A stretch of DNA of 64,000 nt, taken from sequence record LT598654.1; one strand, written 5' to 3'. Position 1 is the stretch's first letter. Each line of letters starts with the position of its first letter. The notes under the pieces are model-generated. The model worked only from the letters and a program-made list of their open reading frames with translations, was not told where the DNA came from and did not search any database. A program made the translations under genes and the position numbers. Shown here one piece after another: positions 19,747 through 29,348 of this stretch.

Positions 19747-20667
19747 CTAGCTTGCTGATGAAACACGTAACTCCAGGCGTGTTGGGGATACCGCTACTGG
19801 AAATACGCGAGTAAAAGATTTCCGCTCTTTAATACGCGAAACATTATTAATACCAGTCATTTGCATACTTCCAGTATACACATCACTCGGTACGTGTTTT
19901 TGATTAGAGATACCTAACCAGTCGTTGAAGATGGTGAACGCTGTCTTTTCATCATCTTCGTAGTCGATGCCTATAATCTCTGCACCGCGATATGTCACGT
20001 TACCTTTACCTATAACTTCGATAGCAGGTACATTGAATCGTTCTTTAATGAACGGAGGCATTGCGATAGTAAGTACCACGCCTTCAACAATTTTGCTGTT
20101 TCGCAGTTTTGATAACAGAGAGAAGTATTCAACGACACCTTCATTAGGAGTAGAACCTGACTTACCAAAGTGTTCGTAAAGGTACTCTGCTTGTTGCAGG
20201 ATGTTTTCACCAATCACAGTACCGATAGCTTCGTACTCTGGAGTACCCGCACGTTTCTCCAACTGACTTGCCACTTCTTTGACCCAACGAGTTTCGCGTG
20301 TACCCATGCGACGATTAATAGCTTCACTAGGTTCAATACAGTCAATACCGTAGTCTTCATACAGGTTACGCGCCAATTCTGCAATGTGCTCAACACTAGG
20401 CTTATCTTCTAAAAGCTCTTTGTTTAGCAGACGTACACATTCAGAATACCAAGCCGATTCGTATTCACCTACAGAGAACACAGTCATAGTAGGCATTGGT
20501 GTACGCATGTTTTTCACGAACTTGAAGTAGTACGGAGTAAATCGAGGGATTGAATTTCTCAACACCATCTGCTTACCATCAATAGCTACGTCACGCACGT
20601 AATGAAGTTTTGAAATACCTGTTTTATCACGATACCAGGTATTAAGTTCGAAAGTGTTAGTTTCCAT
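19747..20667 (-). CDS. Hypothetical protein (start corrected to METNTF)
   Basis: The ATG at 20667 overlaps the folE stop by 11 nt. No recognisable motif. Confidence 0.7.
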   Translation of the reverse strand: METNTFELNTWYRDKTGISKLHYVRDVAIDGKQMVLRNSIPRFTPYYFKFVKNMRTPMPTMTVFSVGEYESAWYSECVRLLNKELLEDKPSVEHIAELARNLYEDYGIDCIEPSEAINRRMGTRETRWVKEVASQLEKRAGTPEYEAIGTVIGENILQQAEYLYEHFGKSGSTPNEGVVEYFSLLSKLRNSKIVEGVVLTIAMPPFIKERFNVPAIEVIGKGNVTYRGAEIIGIDYEDDEKTAFTIFNDWLGISNQKHVPSDVYTGSMQMTGINNVSRIKERKSFTRVFPVAVSPTRLELRVSSAS

Positions 20668-21373
20668 AAGTAAAACCTTGTGCTGAAATTGTGTTGAAGA
20701 ATTCCTGTCGTGCAGATGGGCTATCTTTAAGCGCACCGCGAACAACGGTTGTTACCATTGAACTGTTTTCGTGAGCATGGACACCTCGCATGGTCATACA
20801 CATGTGAGTTGCCTTAACCACGATAGCTAAACCTTTAGGCTTAATCAGTTCTTCAATCTCATTTGCAAGAATCTGAACAGCTTCTTCCTGAATGTGAGGA
20901 CGACCCATAATCCAGCTAGTGATGCGGTTGAACTTACTCAGTCCAATCACTTTCTCACCAGGAATTACACCAATCCAAGCTTTACCGTAGATAGGTACAA
21001 GGTGATGTGAACATGTTGACTTAACATCAACAGGACCTACCGTGTACATTTCATCAAGGTCTTTGGCGTTAGGGAATTCTGTAACGCGAGGTTTAGGTAC
21101 GTAACGACCAGCATACAGTTCACGAAGATACATTTTAGCAACACGCTTTGCTGTTTCATTGGTGTTGTGGTCATTTTCAGTGTCAATAACCATTGTCTCA
21201 AGGACACCTTGCATCTTGCGTTCAAGTTCTAACTGGAGCAAGTCCAGTTCACCAGGTTCAATGAATTCAGAAATATTGTCGTTAGCATGGAACGAACCTT
21301 TGGCATCCTGAATACGCTCACGGATAATAGTGCTGATTGGTGTAACAGAATCCGTAACTTTTTGTTCTGACAT
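20657..21373 (-). CDS. folE: GTP cyclohydrolase I
   Basis: NETAKRVAKMY, STCSHHLVP, GLSKFNR, HMCMTMRG. Confidence 0.95.
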   Translation of the reverse strand: MSEQKVTDSVTPISTIIRERIQDAKGSFHANDNISEFIEPGELDLLQLELERKMQGVLETMVIDTENDHNTNETAKRVAKMYLRELYAGRYVPKPRVTEFPNAKDLDEMYTVGPVDVKSTCSHHLVPIYGKAWIGVIPGEKVIGLSKFNRITSWIMGRPHIQEEAVQILANEIEELIKPKGLAIVVKATHMCMTMRGVHAHENSSMVTTVVRGALKDSPSARQEFFNTISAQGFTYGN

Positions 21374-21381
21374 TATTTTTC

Positions 21382-22014
21382 CTATACGTCTAATGGCGAA
21401 GCATGGATTCGATTACTCGGACCTATGCGAACTACATGTGAAAGTGAAGTAAACATACGCTTACTAAAAAAATTAACAGGGTCATCACCACCTAACACAA
21501 CGATACGAGGTATAGAATCGAAGTGTACCAGTATGTCCCTAAGCATTTCTAATCTAGCAGGACTAGACTCAGTTGTAATGTTTGAAAGAATCAACAAACT
21601 AGGGCGCTGATCTCGAATGTGTTTTATGTAACCGTACTTAGAATCACCGTACATGCGATACCAGTAAGGCATACGATTGTGCGACCGATCACGATTACCA
21701 TCTATACATTCAAAGACGGCAGTCTCCATAATATTTGCAGCAAATACCTTAGCGCGTAAGTCTGTAGGATAACTGTTAACGCAGGCTATAGTGTCTGGAT
21801 ACTTGAAAGGTTCTTCAAGTAACTGGGTAGCGTATTCCAATTGAGCAGCAACACTAATAGGTTTGCTTTTAATGTCATCACCGATTTTAGGCTTAAAGGA
21901 TACAAGACTTGTTTCTAAGTCATACTCAATCTTAGAGCCTTGAAACACGCTACCGTCAGCACCCCTGCTTCGCATCTGAGCAGCAACAGTTTTATCAAAT
22001 TTAAAATGTAACAT
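21382..22014 (-). CDS. Degenerate DnaC/IstB-like AAA+ (helicase-loader-like) protein
   Basis: PSLLILSNI (Walker-B-like strand without DE), RLEMLRDIL and PRIVV pattern. No Walker A. Confidence 0.45.
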   Translation of the reverse strand: MLHFKFDKTVAAQMRSRGADGSVFQGSKIEYDLETSLVSFKPKIGDDIKSKPISVAAQLEYATQLLEEPFKYPDTIACVNSYPTDLRAKVFAANIMETAVFECIDGNRDRSHNRMPYWYRMYGDSKYGYIKHIRDQRPSLLILSNITTESSPARLEMLRDILVHFDSIPRIVVLGGDDPVNFFSKRMFTSLSHVVRIGPSNRIHASPLDV

Positions 22015-22042
22015 AGAAACCTTTGTTTTATTTTATGATTAC

Positions 22043-22054
22043 TATTTACAGTTT
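22043..22054 (-). promoter_or_regulatory. Candidate promoter box AAACTGTAAATA
   Basis: 28 nt upstream of the ATG at 22014. The motif recurs at six other starts. Confidence 0.5.
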
Positions 22055-22291
22055 AGGGTCTAGCAAGGATTTGTACAGAGACATACCCTTATCCGTAAGT
22101 TCCATAGAACCTGAGTTCTCGTAAACAACAACGAGGTCAAGCTTAACAAAACTCTTAACAGTAGCCTTAGCCACAGACCTGTACACACGATCAGACTTTG
22201 CAGTTCCAGCACAACATATATCACCTAGAAACTTCAAAGCAGATACCTGTTTACGAGTTAACTTAAATCCGTCTACTTCAATTCCTGTCAT
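22046..22291 (-). CDS. Hypothetical small protein, possibly winged-helix
   Basis: TVKSFVKLDLVVV...MELTDKG resembles a wHTH wing. Confidence 0.6.
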   Translation of the reverse strand: MTGIEVDGFKLTRKQVSALKFLGDICCAGTAKSDRVYRSVAKATVKSFVKLDLVVVYENSGSMELTDKGMSLYKSLLDPKL

Positions 22292-23027
22292 TACATACTA
22301 GGTTCTCTCCGAACCCTGCCTCCTTGTACAAGTCCTGTAATTCAAAAATTTTAACAGGATAGTTTCGATTTTCCTTGAATGCCCAGTCTGCTCTACTGCT
22401 ATACAACTCTACGTTATCCCACCAAAGCATAGGGTCTTTACCTGCTTCTTCGGTAAGCTTTTCATCACGACGAGTCCAACCAATACCTCCGTTATACATG
22501 GATAGTGCTTTAGACCACGAGTTGCAGTAGTCTTTACCTCGTGCGTTACCATCTAACCATTCCATATAGTAGATCATAGCACGTAATGACCATTCAGGAT
22601 CAAGAGGCTCACCAGTTCCTAGTTCAGCGAACTTATCACCAACCCACTCTGCTGTGCTGTCAGTGAACTGTGTAAGTCCTGTAGCGTAAGGGCTTTTAGC
22701 ATCTGTACGCCACGTACTTTCTTTGTGAACTTGTGCAGCGAAGGTACTAACAGGAGCATTAAGACCGAAAGTATACTGAGCGTAACGGGTTAGGCTACGC
22801 TTGTATACGAATGCGTTGTCAGGAACACCTGGATAGCGTGTTATCTCCTGCTCAACAACAGGAATAGTTTCTTCTACCACTTCACGCGGAATAGGAGTAG
22901 TTTCGACCTGAGCCTCTACTTCTACTTCAACGGAAGGTGTTTCGGTATCCTGTTCGTCTTCACTGGTCTGTTTGCTACATGCACCTGCAAGTATACCCAT
23001 TAAAAATATAAAGTATACTTTTTGCAT
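22278..23027 (-). CDS. Lytic transglycosylase (SLT family) with an N-terminal lipoprotein signal
   Basis: AQVHKES catalytic Glu, GLTQF, ALSMYNGG. MQKVYFIFLMGILAGAC lipobox. ATG at 23027 just after the holin stop. Confidence 0.85.
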   Translation of the reverse strand: MQKVYFIFLMGILAGACSKQTSEDEQDTETPSVEVEVEAQVETTPIPREVVEETIPVVEQEITRYPGVPDNAFVYKRSLTRYAQYTFGLNAPVSTFAAQVHKESTWRTDAKSPYATGLTQFTDSTAEWVGDKFAELGTGEPLDPEWSLRAMIYYMEWLDGNARGKDYCNSWSKALSMYNGGIGWTRRDEKLTEEAGKDPMLWWDNVELYSSRADWAFKENRNYPVKIFELQDLYKEAGFGENLVCNDRN

Positions 23028-23029
23028 GG

Positions 23030-23362
23030 TTAGATACCTACTGAAATACCGATAATACAAGCGAAGATTATTAACGCACGGCGGATAAACGCGAAAGGAA
23101 TAGAACTTTTAACGTAGTCGTATTCTTTCACCTCGTAGTCGTTGGTCTTGTTGGAAAGTTCCATCATTCGGTGATACATATCACTTGGACGGAAACGTCG
23201 AAATAACAACAAATCAATCCAGTAACCAAGCATTGCTGCAATTGAGATAAGACTTACCTTGTATAGGATAAGCTGAGCCTTTGCTTCGCTCATGTACCAG
23301 ATACCAAGATAAAGCAATACGGTGATTAATGCAAAGATACCGCGTTGAATATTATTAGTCAT
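23030..23362 (-). CDS. Putative holin (Mu/D3112-like prophage holin family)
   Basis: Three hydrophobic segments. YKVSLISIAAMLGYWID...RP...RRALII pattern. Adjacent to the SLT gene. Confidence 0.8.
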   Translation of the reverse strand: MTNNIQRGIFALITVLLYLGIWYMSEAKAQLILYKVSLISIAAMLGYWIDLLLFRRFRPSDMYHRMMELSNKTNDYEVKEYDYVKSSIPFAFIRRALIIFACIIGISVGI

Positions 23363-23375
23363 TTGTTTTTCCTAG

Positions 23376-23621
23376 TTAATAGCTTGCAAAAAATACAAAA
23401 TAAACCAAAGAGGCTAAAATGAAATGAGCACTTAACCCTGCTATAATAGCCTCGTCTTTTTTAAATTTACCTCGAATAACAGTGTACTTGTTCTTGAAAT
23501 AAAGTTTGTCTTTAAAAAACAATTTTAAAACACACTGTCCAATATAGGCATTAATGCTAATGGAATAAAAGAATACTCCGATAATAATAAGTATTGCGTA
23601 GTTTGTTCCAGGTGATAACAT
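23376..23621 (-). CDS. Small two-TM membrane protein
   Basis: Two hydrophobic segments, AGGAG RBS. Confidence 0.65.
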   Translation of the reverse strand: MLSPGTNYAILIIIGVFFYSISINAYIGQCVLKLFFKDKLYFKNKYTVIRGKFKKDEAIIAGLSAHFILASLVYFVFFASY

Positions 23622-23630
23622 TAGAGACTC

Positions 23631-25298
23631 CTACATTCGTCGGCTAAATAGTCCGCCTGAAGGTGCAGATTTCTTCTCTTTCTTCTGTTTCTTCTGTCGA
23701 GCCATTGCTTCAAGTTCACGGATTTCAGATTCAGAGTAACCGTCATAATCGATAGAATATTTACCCGCTTCGTTTGCACTCATACCAACATTCTCTTTAT
23801 ACCACTGCATAGCGTCACCAGAGAATTGATATTTAAGTCCTTGCGAATGACGCCAAGTAGATTTGAAACAACCAATCGATTGTCCAAGTTCAGGGTCAAC
23901 AAACATTCGAATGATAGGACTTTGCTTAGGTACGTCTTCGGAAGCAGGAGTCAGTATACGACTAGATTCCTGTTCCCAGTTAGGTGCATTAGACATAGGC
24001 ATACCATAATAATGAGTGTCCCAACGAGGTACGTTCAAACCTACTTGAAGCAATGAGCGCGTACCACATACAAGTCGGATAGTACCTGCGTTTGCGTCTT
24101 CCAGAATCTTCTCACGAATCTGCTTAGCTTTACCACTGCCACCAACGAACTGTGCTGCAATAGTGCTACCCCAAGCCTTGTTAACAGTATCAACAATGTC
24201 TTTAGAATGGTAGACTGTATATACAGGAAACACAATAGAACGTCCGGCTTTCAAGTCTTTCAGGATTTGATCAACGATAAACTTATTACGCTTTTCGTGA
24301 GTTCCTAAGAAACGCATTGCACCTGTCCACGCACTAGGCCCTTTGTTTTGGAACTGTCGTTTGTTCTTAGGCTTTACGTCTGGGGTTTCATGTACATGGA
24401 TAGTAGGAATCAAGGTATCAATCTTGGCTTCGGCTACCTTAGGACCAACAAGTTCTGTCATCAAGAAGTGCTTGCCGTCTTTACGCTTGATTGTTGCAGT
24501 ACAGCCACCTTTATACTTGGTGCGAACACTACCAACAAGCTGAGAAAATTCGTTAGCATTTGCTTTTTGAATTTCATCAATCCACAAAGTACCGAAGTTT
24601 TGATTCAGCCACTTGCGTTTCTTCTTACCGTTCTTATCACTGATAAGAGACTGGTAGGTCATGATTCCAATTTGATACTGTTCAAAGTCCTCTTTCTTTT
24701 CGAGCCAGCCGTACAAACGTTTACCTGTCTTTTCTTCAAGCTTAGGTAGGTTTGTATGAAGCTTAATCTCTTTCAAGAAGTTGTTGAGGTAATCGCGTTG
24801 GTTAGCAATGATAACGAAGCGATGCCCCATTTTGATACCAATAGCGATAGAAGTTACTGTCTTACCTGTACGCGGAGGTGCTTTGATAATACCGTGTTTG
24901 TGATAAGCCCAGTCTTCTACCAGAGGTATTTGTTTAGGTCTTAGTTGACCAGTAAACTTGACTTTGTAATCAAATTTACTCTTAGTACGCAAGTCAACTA
25001 CTTTGAATTGTGAGAACTCAATACCTAGCTTTTCTTCAACGTTGAGGCGATCGCCAATAGGTAACGCGGCATAAGTAACGCCTCGATAAACATAGGTGCT
25101 CCAAGTTCTAATACAACCTTGATAACCACCTAGTTCACAGCTTGCGCATTCTTCGGTGAAGCGTATCTTTCTAAAGTCGCAACTTTTACATATCGTGTCA
25201 TCATAACGGTGATGATCATAATGCTTTTTCAGATCGTCCTCGTCGATGTACTCAAAAGGGATATACATCTTGGCACGTAAGTAGAGTTTATCGCTCAT
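23631..25298 (-). CDS. Superfamily 2 DNA helicase (UvsW-like)
   Basis: APPRTGKT Walker A, IDEIQ Walker B, TAT motif III, GLNVPRWD, QESSRI. Confidence 0.85.
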   Translation of the reverse strand: MSDKLYLRAKMYIPFEYIDEDDLKKHYDHHRYDDTICKSCDFRKIRFTEECASCELGGYQGCIRTWSTYVYRGVTYAALPIGDRLNVEEKLGIEFSQFKVVDLRTKSKFDYKVKFTGQLRPKQIPLVEDWAYHKHGIIKAPPRTGKTVTSIAIGIKMGHRFVIIANQRDYLNNFLKEIKLHTNLPKLEEKTGKRLYGWLEKKEDFEQYQIGIMTYQSLISDKNGKKKRKWLNQNFGTLWIDEIQKANANEFSQLVGSVRTKYKGGCTATIKRKDGKHFLMTELVGPKVAEAKIDTLIPTIHVHETPDVKPKNKRQFQNKGPSAWTGAMRFLGTHEKRNKFIVDQILKDLKAGRSIVFPVYTVYHSKDIVDTVNKAWGSTIAAQFVGGSGKAKQIREKILEDANAGTIRLVCGTRSLLQVGLNVPRWDTHYYGMPMSNAPNWEQESSRILTPASEDVPKQSPIIRMFVDPELGQSIGCFKSTWRHSQGLKYQFSGDAMQWYKENVGMSANEAGKYSIDYDGYSESEIRELEAMARQKKQKKEKKSAPSGGLFSRRM

Positions 25299-25305
25299 GT
25301 TATTC

Positions 25306-25644
25306 CTAACAAAGGTTTGATAATACGTGTGACCACACTTTGGATTTACGGAAAGGTAAGTACGGTGTAGTCTCTTGGAATAGTTTTACAGTACGCCACT
25401 TGGTGCCTTCATCAGTTTCGTAGTCCAAGCTTAACTCAATAGGCATACAGTCTATATCCAATACAGTTCTGCTTAGGTCTAACTCAAACCCACCTACCAT
25501 ACTGAGATAGTTTCTGTACCACTCACGCCCAGCGTTTTCGCGTAACTGTTGAAGATTGTAGTTGCCTGTTGCACATTGCAAGTCTTCTACGTCAACACCG
25601 TAAACGTGGGCTAAGGATTCGAGTAGTTTATCCACCGAGAGCAT
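25306..25644 (-). CDS. Hypothetical protein
   Basis: Co-oriented, overlaps the upstream gene. Confidence 0.6.
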   Translation of the reverse strand: MLSVDKLLESLAHVYGVDVEDLQCATGNYNLQQLRENAGREWYRNYLSMVGGFELDLSRTVLDIDCMPIELSLDYETDEGTKWRTVKLFQETTPYLPFRKSKVWSHVLSNLC

Positions 25645-25840
25645 TCGCTACGCAGTAAGACAGATATGACACAAAGACACGAGGGTCTGGTGTCTGGTTG
25701 TGCTGTTCGCATTCCAACTTATAACGCATACGAGGTTGGAAGAACTCGAAGTACTTCTTCAAAGGAGGATAAAGTTCTTCTTCCTCTACCTCAGGAGTGT
25801 TATCCAAGTCTGCTGATTGTTTTTCTGGAGGCAATGCCAT
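25628..25840 (-). CDS. Hypothetical protein (70 aa)
   Basis: AGGA RBS, co-oriented. Confidence 0.65.
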   Translation of the reverse strand: MALPPEKQSADLDNTPEVEEEELYPPLKKYFEFFQPRMRYKLECEQHNQTPDPRVFVSYLSYCVANALGG

Positions 25841-25849
25841 AGTGTTTCC

Positions 25850-26389
25850 TTAATTGATATTAACGTGGTCGCGTTTTGATATAATAGTAAATGCGTCCAC
25901 TAAGTGTTTAACAGTAAAGCTGGCTTTGTCAATGTCCTCTATAAGGATGCGAGTGATTTTAATCAGCTCGTCGGTATCATCCAAATAGCGGTGCATCTTA
26001 TCCATTACCGCTTTAATAAAGTTTTTGCGTTCTTCTTTAGTACGCAGAGGTTTTAATTCATGCGCGTACTTTATCAAGAAATAACTTTCAAAGCTTTCGA
26101 TCATCTTAGCCAATGAGGTGTTTGCTTCGGTACAAGAAACAAGTATCTCACTGTATCGGTGTCGATTAGTAGTGTCACGAATAGCAGCCTCTGAAAGGTG
26201 CTGGACAAAGTTAGGGTGACCTACTTTAAGCTTGTGTATCTTACGCATACGGTGAAGCGTTTTCAGTTCATCCTTAAGGTCGTCAAAAGGAAGCTGAAAG
26301 AGGTCAGACGTATCGAAGGTAGACTTTAACCTTTTATACCGGGTATCCGATTTAAGGATTTTGCGAATCTTAGATATTTCTGCTGACAT
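25850..26389 (-). CDS. UvsY-like recombination mediator
   Basis: All-helical. C-terminal IEDIDKASFTVKHLVD resembles the T4 UvsY end. Near the UvsW-like helicase. Confidence 0.5.
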   Translation of the reverse strand: MSAEISKIRKILKSDTRYKRLKSTFDTSDLFQLPFDDLKDELKTLHRMRKIHKLKVGHPNFVQHLSEAAIRDTTNRHRYSEILVSCTEANTSLAKMIESFESYFLIKYAHELKPLRTKEERKNFIKAVMDKMHRYLDDTDELIKITRILIEDIDKASFTVKHLVDAFTIISKRDHVNIN

Positions 26390-26820
26390 TAAATTACCAT
26401 ATACTTGTTTATGTTAGGACTTTCAGGAATTAACAGGAAGCTGTCTTCCCTATCAGTATAAACAAAAACACCAGAGAACGATTCGTGATTAATAGAAACC
26501 ATTTCGGTTAAGTCACTATCAATCACAGTAACGCGGTCTTGTGCGATGCGCGTCTTCTTAGCGTTGGTGTCGAAGAAACTTCCAACGGGTCTACCCTCAG
26601 ATGATTTAATGGTATACTGAATACACTCAGTAGAGTGGACCATTGCAGTGTCAGTGACCAACTGCAAATCATCATAACCGATAGGCTTATCGTAGAACAG
26701 GACGAAATGAATTCGTCCCTTAGGACCTTTACCTAACTCGATAAAGGTATTTAGTTCTACAGGCAGTAAAGAAGATGCGATACTGAAAGGTTTTTCCAAG
26801 TCAGTAACGGGACTGGTCAT
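26389..26820 (-). CDS. Hypothetical protein
   Basis: Stop/start overlaps on both sides (TAATG type). Confidence 0.7.
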   Translation of the reverse strand: MTSPVTDLEKPFSIASSLLPVELNTFIELGKGPKGRIHFVLFYDKPIGYDDLQLVTDTAMVHSTECIQYTIKSSEGRPVGSFFDTNAKKTRIAQDRVTVIDSDLTEMVSINHESFSGVFVYTDREDSFLLIPESPNINKYMVI

Positions 26821-28142
26821 TACTGAACCAGTGCGCAGAACTGAGTCAGTTTAATATCACTATCGGCATCCGAGTGATCTGACGTTAAGATAAACACGTT
26901 AGACTTTGCAGCACCTCGAACAGCGTAGGTCTTGGCGTTGAAGCTACCTAGCTTGATGTTGGTAAGCAGGTCGTTGAAAATCTTTGGATATAACTGAATC
27001 GTTTGTTCAGCAACCGCCGCAGACTTGGTTTTCTTTTTACCTTTCTCTGCTTTCTGCTCAACATAGCTGAATGTGTTTGCAACACTTCCGTTGTCGTTAG
27101 AGAAAGAAAGGTTAACACCTTTACTTGCGAACTTGGCACGAAGTACACCACTTGCTTTTTCAGTAACCAGAACCAAGAGGTTGTTGATTGTATCAGTACA
27201 GTCACGTACATTGATCTGGTATTCACCGGAGGGTTTCTTCTTGTTCACCATATCCATCAACGCATAGAATTCATCGATAGATGATTGTTCAGTTTCTTGA
27301 ACAGGTGGAAGTGAAACAACGACGTTCTTACTTAGTACGCGGAAACCTGCTTCGCTGATAAAGAAAGATGCCGATTGCTCTGCTTCGTCACCTAATACCT
27401 TGTTGATTACGTTAAACACTTCATTGGTCAACGACATACGGAAAGGCTTTTCTTTGCCTGCTTCGAATTGACATTCAAACAAGCTCGATGCCCAACGTGT
27501 TTTGGTAATAGCTTTCAACACACCGTCTTGGTAGTCGATGTAGATTTGGCTAGCCTGTCTGTCATCCAGGTGATCGATAAGACGGGTACGCTGTACACCT
27601 TCGCGTAAACGGCTAAGGAGTTCGCTTCCGATTCCGTTAGAACGTTTAAGCCCTTTGCCGAAAATATCATTAACAGCTGGAATCTGATCGACAGTAACAG
27701 GAGTTGTTTTAATAACCCCGTTGAATCTGCCATCTTTCATAGAAAGTTCAGTACCGTCGTACTTGAATTGAATGTTACCGCGACCCTTGATAATGCCTTT
27801 AAGAACTTCGGGTTCAAAGTTAAACGCACCTGAGTCGGCTACTTCAATACCAGTATCGATAGCGATATTTGTATCAGAGGAGTAACCAATGATGAACAGG
27901 TTACCGCTATAACTAACAAGCATGTGTCTACGCATTACGCTGCTGTTAGAAACAAAGCCAGTTACTGCAATAAGTTTGTCCACCGCTTCAACCATTATCT
28001 TGGCATCCATGTTGAACTCAAACTTATTCTTCGATTTCTCCGACAACTGAATCTGAAAAGAAACTGCGCTATCTGATTTGGTAGTCTTCTTAGCGCGTGT
28101 CTTGCTCTTGGTAGGAGTTTTTGTTTTAGCTGCTTTCGCCAT
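26820..28142 (-). CDS. DNA polymerase III beta-like sliding clamp with a basic N-terminal extension
   Basis: About 400-aa three-domain beta/alpha pattern (NLFIIGYSSD, IQFKYDGTELSM, VNLSFSNDNG). Next to the polymerase. Confidence 0.6.
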   Translation of the reverse strand: MAKAAKTKTPTKSKTRAKKTTKSDSAVSFQIQLSEKSKNKFEFNMDAKIMVEAVDKLIAVTGFVSNSSVMRRHMLVSYSGNLFIIGYSSDTNIAIDTGIEVADSGAFNFEPEVLKGIIKGRGNIQFKYDGTELSMKDGRFNGVIKTTPVTVDQIPAVNDIFGKGLKRSNGIGSELLSRLREGVQRTRLIDHLDDRQASQIYIDYQDGVLKAITKTRWASSLFECQFEAGKEKPFRMSLTNEVFNVINKVLGDEAEQSASFFISEAGFRVLSKNVVVSLPPVQETEQSSIDEFYALMDMVNKKKPSGEYQINVRDCTDTINNLLVLVTEKASGVLRAKFASKGVNLSFSNDNGSVANTFSYVEQKAEKGKKKTKSAAVAEQTIQLYPKIFNDLLTNIKLGSFNAKTYAVRGAAKSNVFILTSDHSDADSDIKLTQFCALVQ

Positions 28143-28476
28143 CGTCTTTCCGTTCTGTTTGATTTGTTGAATTATTTTTACAGTTTACTACCTTGAACCC
28201 AACAAACTTCGATTGTAAGAATTCTATAGCTAACTGATAGCTCTGAGTCTTTAAAGGTAAGCATCCACCTAGTACACCGACTACGCTAACACCTACCATA
28301 TTGTCCTGCAAAGGAATACACAGTGCAGGAGATTCAATAAGAGTCTCCGAACACACGTATATTGGGCTGACCAAACTACTCATAGTGTCGTAGTCAGCTT
28401 GCACCATTTCATTTAAACGATTAGCAACTGAGGTAAGCAGTTCTAAATCGTGACGTTCACTTAGTTCAGTAATCAT
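28126..28476 (-). CDS. Hypothetical protein
   Basis: Overlapping neighbours, co-oriented. Confidence 0.65.
   Translation of the reverse strand: MITELSERHDLELLTSVANRLNEMVQADYDTMSSLVSPIYVCSETLIESPALCIPLQDNMVGVSVVGVLGGCLPLKTQSYQLAIEFLQSKFVGFKVVNCKNNSTNQTERKDDGESS
28175..28186 (-). promoter_or_regulatory. Candidate promoter box AAACTGTAAAAA
   Basis: 32 nt upstream of the clamp ATG. Confidence 0.35.
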
Positions 28477-29348
28477 GTTCCTAACTCGTTACCGAAAGCG
28501 TATACGTGACAGCGCATACTTAAACTATAAGCGTGTTGCATACACCACTCGGCTACCTGAGGTAAGATAGCTGTTTGCTGTTCTTGAGTAGCACCCATAG
28601 GCATCAAATAAATGTGCTCGTTGTCTGGGTCTAACCATTCGTCAGAACCGCCTACGTCAAGTAGTTCCTGCATTTTAGCAAGGTATAAACCAACTTCGGT
28701 TACATCAGTTTGTGTACCAACGACAAACTTAAATGAACGCTCCATAGAATGGACTTTCATCTGACTAGACAGTGCTTTGAATGACCAAGCTTTACCGCGA
28801 GGTTCACCACTAGCTTTCATTTTAGGACTGTTAGAGAAGTGGATGCGAGTACTACCCATTTCGCTATTTAAAAACTCTACTAGTTCGCGTTTTATAGGTA
28901 AGCTGGCATTTGTCTCAATAGTGATAGTACGCTCGTAAGCGTAACCGCGCTCATGTATAACTTTGAAGATTTCCAACAATGCTTTTTGGTTCATCATTGG
29001 CTCACCGCCAGTAAACACGAAGTCTACTAAGTCAGGTCTAACACCGATAGGTAACAAGCTAACACACTTGTCTACGATTTCAGTCGCAGTCATTTGTTTA
29101 GCAAGATGTTTGTAATCTTTATGCCAACTGTACCGGCTATCACAACCTTTGGTGAAGTCATCATTAGACAATTCTTCAATCGAATCTACGTGTCGGATAG
29201 GAATATCGCCAATGTTACCATCACTGTCAATATTATCAAAACCCTTACATTCGAAGTTACAACCGAACAATCGGATAAAGAAAGAAGGACGACCAGTGTA
29301 TAGTCCTTCTCCTTGGAGTGAATAGAATATCTCTACTACGTTTATCAT
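28473..29348 (-). CDS. queE: 7-carboxy-7-deazaguanine synthase (radical SAM)
   Basis: EIFYSLQGEG, FIRLFGCNFEC...GCDS, FTGGEP, TIETNA, SNSPK, LSMRCH. Confidence 0.92.
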   Translation of the reverse strand: MINVVEIFYSLQGEGLYTGRPSFFIRLFGCNFECKGFDNIDSDGNIGDIPIRHVDSIEELSNDDFTKGCDSRYSWHKDYKHLAKQMTATEIVDKCVSLLPIGVRPDLVDFVFTGGEPMMNQKALLEIFKVIHERGYAYERTITIETNASLPIKRELVEFLNSEMGSTRIHFSNSPKMKASGEPRGKAWSFKALSSQMKVHSMERSFKFVVGTQTDVTEVGLYLAKMQELLDVGGSDEWLDPDNEHIYLMPMGATQEQQTAILPQVAEWCMQHAYSLSMRCHVYAFGNELGT

